Assembly (NCBI GenBank): GCA_963760795.1
Contig: CAVXEP010000004.1
Coordinates: 32,001-96,000 of the forward strand
Length of the DNA stretch: 64,000 bases
Origin: an uncultured delta proteobacterium
GTDB taxonomy: Bacteria; Desulfobacterota; Binatia; UBA9968
Direction: 5' to 3'
A program made the position numbers and the translations under genes. The notes beneath the pieces are model-generated. The model did no database searches. It was given only the letters and a program-made list of their open reading frames with translations, and had not been told where the DNA came from. How positions within the stretch are numbered: the first letter of the stretch is position 1; each line of letters opens with the position of its first letter. Positions 20,804 to 30,362 of the stretch are shown here, piece after piece.

Positions 20804-21778
20804 TCATCGGATCACCCGATCCGCCCGCACCAGCACGTTGGGCGGGACCGTCAGGCCGATTTGTTTCGCCGCGTTAAGATTGATGACCAGCTCGAACTTT
20901 GTCGGCCGTTCCACGGGAATGTCCATCGGTTTGGTGCCTTTGAGAATCTTGTCGACGTGCACCGCAGCGCGGTGTGCCATCTCGGCCATGTTTGGACCGT
21001 AGGACATTAAACCGCCATCGGGAGCCCAGGAGCCCCAGTCGCCGACCAGCGGTATGCGACTCTTTGCCGCGTAATCCAAAATGCGTTGTCGTTGGAAATT
21101 AATAAGTCTTGACGAGACGACAATGAGGGCCTGAGATTTCGCCTTCGTGGCGGCATCGAATTGGCCGTCGAAGTCCTCGCCTCGCCGGACTTGCAGCGAT
21201 TGCAACCGTACTTTCATTGCCTGAGCCGCGCTTTGAATTTCACGAAACTCGGGATCGGCGTGATCGGGATTCCACAGCACCGCCACTCGAGAAATTCTCG
21301 GCGCGATTTCTTTTAATAGCTCCAATCTTTTCCCCGCCAATTCGTCGAGAATAAGCGTGATGCCGGTAATGTTGCCGCCAGGATGGGCCAGGCTGGCGAC
21401 AATCCCCGATTGCACCGGATCGTTGCTCACCCACATGACGATCGGAATCGTCTTGGTTGCTTTCTGCGCTGCCGGCACGACATCGCCGCCGAGGGCAAGA
21501 ATTACATCGGGATTGAGCCGCGCCAGTTCGGCGGCAACTTCCGTAAGCCGATCGGGTTTGCCGCCAGCGAAACGGTATTCCACCGATAGATTTTTCCCCT
21601 CAGTGTAACCGAGGTCGCGCATGTTTTGGCGAAAAGCTGCAACGTTCGGGTCGTTTTCCGGCGTGCTATAAAGGAGCACGCCTACGCGTGGTATTTTTGC
21701 CGGCTGTTGCGCCTGGGCAAATGAAACAGTTGTTAGAAATAAACCCGCCAGTAGCCTGATCGCCATTTTGTAATTCAT
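20804..21778 (-). CDS. PF04392/K01989-type ABC substrate-binding protein
   Basis: KIPRVGVL, SLAHPGGNITG, ERPTKFELVINL. Confidence 0.92.
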   Translation of the reverse strand: MNYKMAIRLLAGLFLTTVSFAQAQQPAKIPRVGVLLYSTPENDPNVAAFRQNMRDLGYTEGKNLSVEYRFAGGKPDRLTEVAAELARLNPDVILALGGDVVPAAQKATKTIPIVMWVSNDPVQSGIVASLAHPGGNITGITLILDELAGKRLELLKEIAPRISRVAVLWNPDHADPEFREIQSAAQAMKVRLQSLQVRRGEDFDGQFDAATKAKSQALIVVSSRLINFQRQRILDYAAKSRIPLVGDWGSWAPDGGLMSYGPNMAEMAHRAAVHVDKILKGTKPMDIPVERPTKFELVINLNAAKQIGLTVPPNVLVRADRVIR

Positions 21779-21822
21779 GTCATGTCTCCGTTCATTTTGC
21801 TTTTTTCATTTTTACTTTTACC

Positions 21823-21921
21823 TTATCGAATCACCCGATCCGCCCGCACCAGCACATTCGGCGGGATCGTCAGGCCGATCTGCTTGGCGGTTTTCAGATT
21901 AATTATGAACTCGAATTTCGT
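21823..21921 (-). pseudogene. Orphan 3' end (32 codons) of a PF04392 SBP gene
   Basis: Translates [32 protein letters not shown]; no upstream coding part. Confidence 0.88.
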
Positions 21922-22000
21922 CTGACGATTAAGCCGGCTCAGATCAACTCGTTATGCACTGAGGAGACTACACTTCCGCCGTCTCCTCGGCTGTTATAAC

Positions 22001-22015
22001 GCAGGAGCAATGCCA
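22001..22015 (-). promoter_or_regulatory. Candidate sigma54 (-24/-12) promoter facing the SBP array
   Basis: Minus strand TGGCATTGCTCCTGC with GG-N10-GC spacing. Confidence 0.55.
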
Positions 22016-22117
22016 CAAGCGACTCATCCATTAGTATTCCTAGTAAGCTGAATTCACAAAGAAATTCTTTCACGGGACGATAGCACCGGGCGAGCGGAAA
22101 AGAACGACGAGTAGTCG

Positions 22118-22148
22118 TTTTGCTACTCGGTGTAGCAAAAATGCGACA
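22118..22148. promoter_or_regulatory. Candidate enhancer-binding protein site (UAS)
   Basis: ttttgctac-N5-gtagcaaaa palindrome overlapping TGT-N12-ACA, ~105-135 bp upstream of the sigma54-like motif. Confidence 0.5.
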
Positions 22149-22177
22149 CCCAACTTGGTCGGGCTAAGAAGAAGTTA

Positions 22178-22360
22178 CTCCCGCCAAGGCGCAAAGACGC
22201 TAAGTGACAGGCCAGAGGCCTGTCATCCCGAGCGAATGCGAGGGATCTAATGCAGGATTTCTCTCTCCGTTCGAAATGACAACATTCACCCTTTGCGCCT
22301 TGCGCCTTTGCGAGAGATATTCCGATTTATTTTTGTGGCCTTTGCGTTCTTTGCGGCCAA
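22178..22360. repeat. CGCAAAG-family palindrome with TGTCAT-type REP (22221-22281) nested in its loop
   Basis: cgccaaggcgcaaagacgc ... tgtcatcccgagcgaatgcgagggatct...cgaaatgaca ... ctttgcgccttgcgcctttgcg; ctttgcgttctttgcggcc. Confidence 0.8.
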
Positions 22361-22380
22361 ATCTCCGAGTCCGATTCTCT

Positions 22381-24141
22381 TCATTGATTACGCCGCAACT
22401 CTGCGGTCGCCGCGCTGTCGAGCTCGAACCGCCGTCCGTCTTGCCGGATCGCCACGCCATAGTCGCGCCGCGCCGCTTCGACGGAAACGTAACCCGAACG
22501 GACATCGACCAGCACTTTCTCCGCCGGGCGCTCGAACGCGCTCCAGAATCCGCCGCCACCACCGGTTTCGATCGTGAAGCTGTCGCCGTTGTCGATTTCG
22601 CTGGGCTTGATTTTGCCCGTCGGAAAGGTCTCCACCGCGCCGTTGTTATGGCTGACGAAGATTTGATTCGCCAGCGCGTCTTTGCCGCCGTGCAAGCCCC
22701 AGGGCGCGCAGATCGTCCGCTCGACATGAGCGTGGATGGTCGCCGGGCGGCGCATGCGCACTTCGTTTGACACTCCCAGGCCGCCGCGAAACTTGCCTGC
22801 GCCGCCGGAGTCTTGGCGCAGCTCGCGATGCTCGACGATGATGGGATTTTTCGCTTCGGTGGCTTCCACCGGCGCGTTATGGGTGTCGCCGTCGTTGAGA
22901 CACACCGTCGCGTTCATGCCGTCTTCATCGTGCTTGGCGCCCCAGCCGCCGCCGGGATGGCCGATGTGGGACCAGAAAAAACGCCCGGTCTCGGCATCGA
23001 AGCCATGGGGATTGACCGTGCATAGATCGGCGTAGTGGCCGGCGATGGTGCGCTCGGGACAGGCCGGCGCGAGGGCGCGAAAAAGCGTATCGCACACGGT
23101 CATCGGCACGGTCATCCAGACCCGCACCGGCGCCGGCTTGACGGCGCTGATGACCCGGCCAAGGGGCAGTATAATTTTTAACGGCCGAAACGAACCATCG
23201 TTGATCGGCAGCAACATGGGCGTGGTAATGCACTTGAAAACCACTTCGGCAGCGGAGCGGCCCGCCGTGATACCCGAATTATAGTATCCCGCCACCTGCG
23301 GGCTCACATTGCTCAAGTCGATGGTCATCTCATCGTCTTTGACCTCGACGCGCACGCGGATCGGGATATGTTTGCCGAGATTGACGCCGTCGTCGTCCAT
23401 GAACGACTCGGCCTCATAGACGCCGTCGGGGATCTGGCGCACAGCCGCGCGGGCGAGTTTCTCGCTTTGTTGGTAAATCGACTGAATGCTGTCTTTGAAA
23501 ACCTTATTGCCGTAGCGCCGTAAGATATTCAGGACACGCCGCTCGCCGGTGCGGATCGATGCGAGCTGGGCGCGCATATCGCCCATGGCGCTTGCGGGCA
23601 CGCGCACGTTGGCCTTGATAATTGCGGTGATCTCGGGATTTTCCACGCCCTGGCGAAAATGCTTCACGAAAGGCATCTGCAACCCTTCGGAGAAAATATC
23701 CCGGGTCACCCCGCCTAGCTGCCCGCCGATATCCTGCCAGTGCGCCATCGACGAGGAGTACGCCACCAATTCGCCGTCGTGAAAAATCGGCAGCGTGTAG
23801 ATCATGTGGTTGAGATGGCTGCCCATGATGTAGCTGTCGTTGGTGAGCAAGATATCTCCGGGATGAATATTGTCTTTGCCCCAGTGAGCGATCTTCGCCT
23901 TGATCGCATCCGACAACCCACGGACAAACATCGGCAAGCCAAGGCCGATGGAAATGGTATTGCCATCAGCATCGAACAGTCCGACGGTGAAATCCTCAGC
24001 TTCGTAGATGATCGTGTGATACGCCGTGCGCATCAGGTTGGTTTTCATCTCGCCGGTGATCGCGACCAGCGCGCTACGGATCACCTCGGTCGTAAAAGCA
24101 TCAACCTCGCTACGCGAGGTATTCAAAATTAAAGATTCCAT
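22381..24141 (-). CDS. Hydantoinase B/oxoprolinase family protein
   Basis: GDILLTND..GSHLNH, AHWQDIGG, DSGGAGKFRGG. Confidence 0.92.
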   Translation of the reverse strand: MESLILNTSRSEVDAFTTEVIRSALVAITGEMKTNLMRTAYHTIIYEAEDFTVGLFDADGNTISIGLGLPMFVRGLSDAIKAKIAHWGKDNIHPGDILLTNDSYIMGSHLNHMIYTLPIFHDGELVAYSSSMAHWQDIGGQLGGVTRDIFSEGLQMPFVKHFRQGVENPEITAIIKANVRVPASAMGDMRAQLASIRTGERRVLNILRRYGNKVFKDSIQSIYQQSEKLARAAVRQIPDGVYEAESFMDDDGVNLGKHIPIRVRVEVKDDEMTIDLSNVSPQVAGYYNSGITAGRSAAEVVFKCITTPMLLPINDGSFRPLKIILPLGRVISAVKPAPVRVWMTVPMTVCDTLFRALAPACPERTIAGHYADLCTVNPHGFDAETGRFFWSHIGHPGGGWGAKHDEDGMNATVCLNDGDTHNAPVEATEAKNPIIVEHRELRQDSGGAGKFRGGLGVSNEVRMRRPATIHAHVERTICAPWGLHGGKDALANQIFVSHNNGAVETFPTGKIKPSEIDNGDSFTIETGGGGGFWSAFERPAEKVLVDVRSGYVSVEAARRDYGVAIRQDGRRFELDSAATAELRRNQ

Positions 24142-24224
24142 ATTCCAAACTCGATTTGCGAAGTTGATCCTGCTCCGGCATGCGTAATCCGATAATTTGG
24201 AATCTGAAATTTGGAATCTGAAAT
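24134..24224. repeat. GGAAT-family heptamer palindrome
   Basis: attccatattccaaa ... aatttggaatctgaaatttggaatctgaaat. Confidence 0.75.
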
Positions 24225-26282
24225 CATTCAGCCCCTCCCAGTTCCATCACCAGATGGCCATACTCATTCACCGTCACCCGATCCCCCGGCTCGACCACCG
24301 TCGTCGACGCCACCTCTTCGATGATCGCCGGGCCGTGGATGACGTTGCCTTGGAGTAATTGGTCGCGATCGAACACCGGCGCCGACATGGCACCGGCGGC
24401 ATCGAAGTTCACCGTGCGCTCGCCGCGTCGCGCCACGGCCGGCGGTGCTGCCTCTCCTTTGGCGATCTGCGGAAACACCGGCTTATTCAACCGGCCGATC
24501 GCCGACACGCGCAGGCTGACGATATCGGCGGACTCTTCCGGCGCGCTGTGGCTATAGCGCAAATCATGGGCTTCGTCGAAGCGCCGCTTCACTTCGGCGC
24601 GGGCGCGCTTCATCGCCGACGGCGGCGGGCATGCCGACGGCCACCGCATGTTCCTGGCCGACATAGCGCATGTCGGCGGCGCGTTCGAAGGCGATGCGAT
24701 CCAGGGCGATGCCGGAGTCGAGCAATGCCTTGCGGCCTTCGTCTTCCAATGCTTTGAACTGCGCTTCCAACTCGCTCATCGCCAAATCATCCAAGCGCTC
24801 GAACAGCGTCTGGACATAATCGCGGCGCAGGTCGGCCATGAGCATGCCGAGAGCTGAGAAATGACCCGGCGCTTGGGGAATGATGATCTTGCTGATGGAC
24901 AATTCCTTGGCAACCGAAGCCGAATGCAGCGGCCCGCCGCCGCCGTAGGCGACCAGTGTGAAGTCGCGCGGATCGAGACCGCGCTCCAGTGTCACATGGC
25001 GCACGGCGTTGGCCATCGCCGAGGTCGCCACTTGCAACATGCCGGCGGCGGCACGCTCCAGCGTGACGTTGAGCGGCTGGGCAAGTTTTTCGTTCAACGC
25101 CGCTTCCGCCGCGCCGCGATCGAGACGCATCTCGCCGCCAAGAAAGTTTTCCGGCGATAACCGCCCGAGAATCACGTTGGCGTCGGTCACCGTCGGTTCG
25201 CTGCCGCCGCGGCCATAGCTTGCCGGTCCCGGCTCGGCGCCGGCGCTCTTCGGCCCGACATGCAACCCGCCGCCTTCGTCGAGAAAAGCGATGCTGCCGC
25301 CGCCGGTGCCGACCTCGACGATGTCGAGGACTGGAATACGAATCGCCAAACCTTCGTTGTAGCCGCCGATAAAATAATCCGGCGACAGGCTCGGCTCGCC
25401 GCGCCGAATCACGCAGGCCTTGGCCGTCGTGCCGCCCATGTCGAAGGCGATGGCCGCTGCGAGATCGAGGGTCTCGCACAGCGCCATGGTGCCGACCACA
25501 CCGCCGGCCGGTCCCGACTCCATCATTTGAATGCATTGGCGGCGCGCCATCTCGACATCCGACAGGCCGCCGTTGGACTGCATGATCATCAAATTGCCGG
25601 CGAACTTGTTTTGCTTTAAGCGGCGCTCGAGATCGCCGAGATACTGGCTAACTATTGGGCCGACGTAGGCATTGGCCGCCACGGTGGAAGTGCGCTCGTA
25701 CTCGCGATACTCGCGCGACAGTTCATGCGACACGCTGACAAAGAGATTGGGCTCGGTTTCGAGCAGGATATCGCGCATGCGGATCTCATGCTCCGGCGCC
25801 CGATAGGAGTGTAAAAACAGCACCGCGACCGCTGCGAAACCTTCGTCCTTGATAATGCGCGCCACCGCGCGCGCCTCTTTTTCATCGAAGGGCGTGCGCA
25901 CCGAGCCGTCGGCGAGCATGCGCTCGGTCACTTCGAAAATATCTTCCCGCGCCACCAGCGGCCGGTGCTTGCGAAAGCGCGGGTTGAACGACTCCGGCCG
26001 GTTGATCCGGCCGATCTCGTACACATCGCGAAACCCTTTAGTCGTCACCAGCGCAGTCTTCGCGCCCTGGCGCTCGATGATCGCGTTGACGACCACGGTG
26101 GAGCCATGAATCAACGTCGTCATCTCGTCAAAGCGCACCGCCGCTTTGACCAAGCCATCGAGCACGCCCCGCGCCAGCTCCGCCGGCGTCGACAACGTCT
26201 TCGCCAACGACAGATCGCTTTTAGCCTCGTCGAATACCACCACGTCGGTAAACGTCCCGCCGATATCAACTGCTACGCGCAT
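24224..26282 (-). CDS. Hydantoinase A/oxoprolinase family protein, frameshift near 24605
   Basis: VDIGGTFTD, SGPAGG, DMGGTT, GTGGGS, YGGGGPLH; C-terminus GPAIIEE...TTVV in another frame. Confidence 0.9.
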
Positions 26283-26296
26283 TTCTTCGCTCCGCT

Positions 26297-26422
26297 CAGA
26301 ATTCCAAATTACACATTTCAAATTACAGAATTAAGTACTCAATCAGCATCCACAGATCGATCTACGCATCAGTCCCATTCACCACTCTGATAATCTGCAA
26401 TGTGGAATTTGGAATCTGTAAT
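26297..26422. repeat. GGAAT-family palindrome
   Basis: attccaaattacacatt pairs with aatgtggaatttggaat. Confidence 0.75.
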
Positions 26423-26432
26423 CGCGCATGTA

Positions 26433-26787
26433 CTACCCGCACCGATGATTCGCCAGATATTCGCCCAGCCACTTGTTCCAGGCGAGATCGATCTGTTGCA
26501 ACGCCGCGGCATGAGCTTCGTCACCGCGGCTAATGTCGACCAGATGCGATGACCCGGAGATCGACCTCGGCGAGATGCGGATCGGCGCAAAAGTTATCGC
26601 GCACCACCACCGTACCTTCAGCTTCCAACTCGGCCAATGCCCGATCCATCTCCTCCTTACCGACGTTGAATCGCCGTAGCCCAGCCACCAGCTCGGTCGC
26701 AAAGCGCGCCTTCTTGCCACCAACCTTGAGAACATCGACGACGGCACTCTTCGCACTGGCTGTATCTACATTTGTCCGCGGGTTCAT
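26433..26787 (-). CDS. Hypothetical protein (~117 aa), frameshift near 26545
   Basis: Protein-like text continues across frames (...FCADPHLAEVDLRVI / LVDISRG...WLGEYLANHRCG); co-oriented in hydantoinase operon. Confidence 0.65.
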
Positions 26788-26792
26788 AGTTT

Positions 26793-26895
26793 AATTCCAG
26801 ATGGCAAATTCCATATTCCAAATTACCGGTCGAAGCAGAAACTCCGTGCAGCCAATTTGGAATCTGGAATATGGAATTTGTAATTCACGGAATCT
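26793..26895. repeat. GGAAT-family palindrome
   Basis: aattccatattccaaatt ... aatttggaatctggaatatggaatttg. Confidence 0.8.
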
Positions 26896-27864
26896 TATAC
26901 CCAAGCTCCTTCGCCACTTCCCTGGCGATCCGGTCGTCGGCAATCTCTTCGAAGGCGACCTTGCGGTCGGTGAACTGGCCGGCTGCTTGCAGAGATTTAA
27001 TAATAAGATCCATACCGTCGCGGGTCGGCACGCCGCTGCCGCTGACGGTCCTTTTCAGCGCCTCGAAGGTGTCATCGGCGGCCTCCTTGTCGACTTGCAA
27101 GTACTTCAAAATCATCGCCGTGGCTTTTTCCTTGGAGCGCAACACTTCTTGCTTGGCCAGCTGCATTGAACGCAGCACTCGCCGCACTTCATCGGGTCGG
27201 TTGCGAATCGTCGAGAGCATCGTCGTCAAACCGCCCAGCGGCATTTTCACTTTGGCGCCGACGTCGAGCACTTCACGGAATTTTTTGCGCTTGGCATAGA
27301 AATCGAACGGCGGGTTGAATATCCCCGCGTCGACCGTGCCGGTCTCCAGCGCCGGCAACTGCTGCGGCGCACCCAAGAACGACGTAGGCAAAATTTTTGG
27401 GATTCTCACCTGCCGCTTCAAGGGCAATCTGCAGCGCCACATGAGAAGTGCCGCCCAGACCGGTAATGCCAATCTTCTTGCCGCGCAGATCACGCAGACG
27501 ATTGAATCTCCGGCCGCGCCATTAAAGAATAAATCAGCTGATCCGACGCGAACCAGACGCCGCGCGACGGCATGCCGCGCAAGGTTGCGCTCACCGACGC
27601 CGGACCGACGCCGGAAAAGTATTGAATCTCATTGGCCATCAACGCCATGTTGCCGATCTGCGAGCGGATCTGGACGATCTCGACGTGCAGGCCATTCTCC
27701 TCGAAGATCTTCCACTGAATGCCGCCATACAGCGCCAGACAGCAAATGCCGCCGCTCGGATAGGCAATGCGCACGCGGGTCAGCTTTTCCTGCGCCGAGG
27801 CTGGTGTAACCAACCATGCGACGAAAATCACGGCGAGAGCAATGCGTTCGATAGCGATCTTCAT
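26885..27864 (-). CDS. NMT1/SsuA-like ABC substrate-binding protein, frameshifts near 27495 and 27378
   Basis: Signal peptide MKIAIER..., IFEENGLHVE, DLRGKKIG, ALETGTVDAG. Confidence 0.8.
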
Positions 27865-27924
27865 GTTTGAGTTCCTCGTAAATCCCAACCTACACCTATC
27901 TCAGCACGAATGAAGCCGTCCCCA

Positions 27925-27977
27925 CCGTCATGCCGGCATCCAGACTTTATCGTCACCCCGGTGAAAACCGGGGTCCA
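27925..27977. repeat. CGTC-type REP
   Basis: ccgtcatgccggc...cgtcaccccggtgaaaaccggggtcca, inverse of 48931-48975. Confidence 0.8.
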
Positions 27978-28029
27978 TCTCTCCATCGGCTATATCATCT
28001 GAATGAGACATGGATTGTACTAATCATCT

Positions 28030-29026
28030 CTACCGGTACCGCTTGGCCATCTCGTCGAAAAACTTCTCGTTCTCTAATTCCTGCAACAAGCTCAAGTCGA
28101 CGAACTGTTCCGGCTTGGCGCGTTTTCGCCTGCGCCATCTGCGGTCCGGACATGTCGACAAGATTTTGAATGCCTTTCATGGTCGGATAAGGTTTCTTCG
28201 GCGTGCGCTTCAAATAATGCTGGTAGGAATAGTCGAGCACCTCGGCATCGTTGGTGCGCATGTACTTGGCCAAAGTTTTCACCGTCGCTGCTTTGTTGGC
28301 GAAAACAAAATAAATCCCTTCGACATACGCTTTGAGCGCCGACTTGACGCTGTTGCGATGGCTCTTGATGTAGCTGCGCGAGGTCGCCAAGCCGCTGCCC
28401 TGAACTTCGAAATCGAGATCCGCCATTTGAATGATTTCAACAAAGCCCGCCTTTAGAGCTTGCGGCACTTCTGATGGGTTGAAGAATGTCGCTTCGATTC
28501 TTCCGGCGCTCATCGCGGCGAGCCGTTCCGGCCCGGTGCCGGTCGGGACGAAGGTCACGTCCTTGTTGGGTTCCAGATTGAATTTCTTAAACAGAATCAG
28601 CGCGGCGTTATGCGTCGCCGAGCCGAAGCCGCTGATGCCAAAGCGTTTGCCCTTGAGCTGCTCCATGCGCGCCATCGTTCCCGGACGAGCCATCACGCTC
28701 TGATCGTAGGAGTTTTCCACCGCGCCGACGAGCACGATGTCGTGGCCCTGAAGATTAGCGACGATGACATTGCCGACGGTCATGAGCGGCGGATCGCCGC
28801 CGGTCAACGCCTGGATCGCCACCTGCCCGCCGCGCAGAAAGATCAGCTCGACATCGAGACCATATTTTTTAAACAACCCCTCATCCTTGGCGACCCAAAG
28901 CTGCGCCTGGCGCGAGCTGATCGAGGGATAGCCGACCCGGATCTTTTGCAGCGGCTGCGCCGAGGCAGGCATGACAAACCAACCCGTAAGCAAAAAAACG
29001 ATCGGCAGCGCCAAGTAAGGTTTCAT
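28030..29026 (-). CDS. NMT1/SsuA-like ABC substrate-binding protein, frameshift near 28120
   Basis: Signal peptide MKPYLAL..., GLFKKYGLDVEL; true C-terminus KPEQFVDLSLLQELENEKFF in another frame. Confidence 0.85.
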
Positions 29027-29070
29027 AAGGTTATCCTCTGATGTATGCCATCGTTGCCGAACCGTCAAAT

Positions 29071-29224
29071 GAGCGCAGCCTGGTACGCCACAGCTGCAAC
29101 CAAAAAAGAAGAATGGCCGCAAAGAACGCAAAGGGAGCAAAAAAGAAACGGGATTCGTAGGACGGGTTTGAAACCCGTCCTCCCCTCCGACCCTTTCGTG
29201 AGTTTCGTGCCTTTCGTGGTTAAA
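29071..29224. repeat. Composite CGCAAAG arm + GTAG-type REP + CTTTCGTG arm
   Basis: aaagaagaatggccgcaaagaacgcaaaggg...gattcgtaggacgggtttgaaacccgtcc; near inverse of 30254-30330. Confidence 0.85.
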
Positions 29225-29254
29225 CCTCCGAGAAAGTCCTAGTCGCGTCGTTAG

Positions 29255-29283
29255 TTGACAGCCTCACGCCACCCATGTTTACT
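29255..29283 (+). promoter_or_regulatory. Candidate sigma70 promoter, probably giving leaderless mRNA
   Basis: TTGACA-N17-TTTACT, ATG 7 nt downstream, no RBS. Confidence 0.45.
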
Positions 29284-29290
29284 GCCGCTC

Positions 29291-30242
29291 ATGTGGATCA
29301 AACTATCGATTCTCACACTCGTCCTGCTAGGTTACACCGACGCCGGCGTTTAGCCAATTGAAAAAGGTTCGCTTCTCGGTGGCGGCGCCGTCCATCGCTG
29401 AGATGCCGTTCCGCATCGCCCAGACCAAAGGCTTCTATCGCGACGAAGGACTCGATGTCGAGGTGATCTTCATTCGCGGCGCGGTGGGCATGCAGGCATT
29501 GCTCGGCGGTTCGGTGGATTTCACATCCGCTTCGGGCTCGACCATCGCCGCGGCGGTGCGCGGCATACCGGTCAAGCTGGTATTCACGGCGTCAGCCAAA
29601 CCGCAATTCGACATGGTCGCGCTGAAAGATATTCGCTCCATCGCCGACTTGAAAGGCAAATACGTCGGCATCTCGTCGCGCGGCGGCGCCATCGATCTGT
29701 TGACGCAATTGATGGTGCAAAAGCATGGCTTGGTGCCGAATAAAGATGTCACCAGCCTGGTCATCGGCGGCCAGGAAGACACTGTGCTGGCGCTGCGCAC
29801 CGGCCGCATCGCCGCGGCATTGTTGACGCCGCCGCGCCCGCTCATGTTGGCACGTGAAGGCTTCAACCGCATCGGCTACTCCGGCGACTACATGCCCACC
29901 TACCCGAGCGGCGGCATCGGCGTCACCGACGACACCATCAAGAACAAGCCCAATGAGCTGTACGCCTTCGTCAAAGGCAGCGTGCGCGGTTTGCAGTTTG
30001 CCCGCCAAAACCGCGCCGAGGGGAAAAAGATTCTAACCGACTACTTCGCCATCAAAGACCCGGCGCTCGCCGATCAGTTTTTCGAACTGTACCTGAGCCG
30101 CCTGCCGGTGAACGGTTCGGCCGACGAGGCCTGGATGAAGGGCGCCATCGAATTTACCCAGAAGAGCTTGGGCGACGCCGCCAAGGAGGCGGCGCCGCAT
30201 CAGGTTTTCGATTTTAGTTTCGTCAACAAAGCAGCTAGGTAG
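29291..30242 (+). CDS. NMT1/SsuA-like ABC substrate-binding protein, frameshift in signal peptide near 29330
   Basis: MWIKLSILTLVLL then PAFSQLKKVRF; GFYRDEGLDVE, DLKGKYVG. Confidence 0.85.
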
Positions 30243-30253
30243 GCAAGTTAAGC

Positions 30254-30353
30254 GGGCGGGTTTGAAACTCGCCCCTACGAATCCCAATTCCTTTTTGCGC
30301 CCTTTGCGTTCTTTGCGGCCATTCTTCTTTCCACTTGCGGCTCCGCTGCGCTC
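30254..30353. repeat. Composite GTAG-type REP + CGCAAAG arm (inverted partner of 29071-29180)
   Basis: gggcgggtttgaaactcgcccctacgaatccc...ctttgcgttctttgcggccattcttcttt. Confidence 0.85.
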
Positions 30354-30362
30354 GCATCGCTG

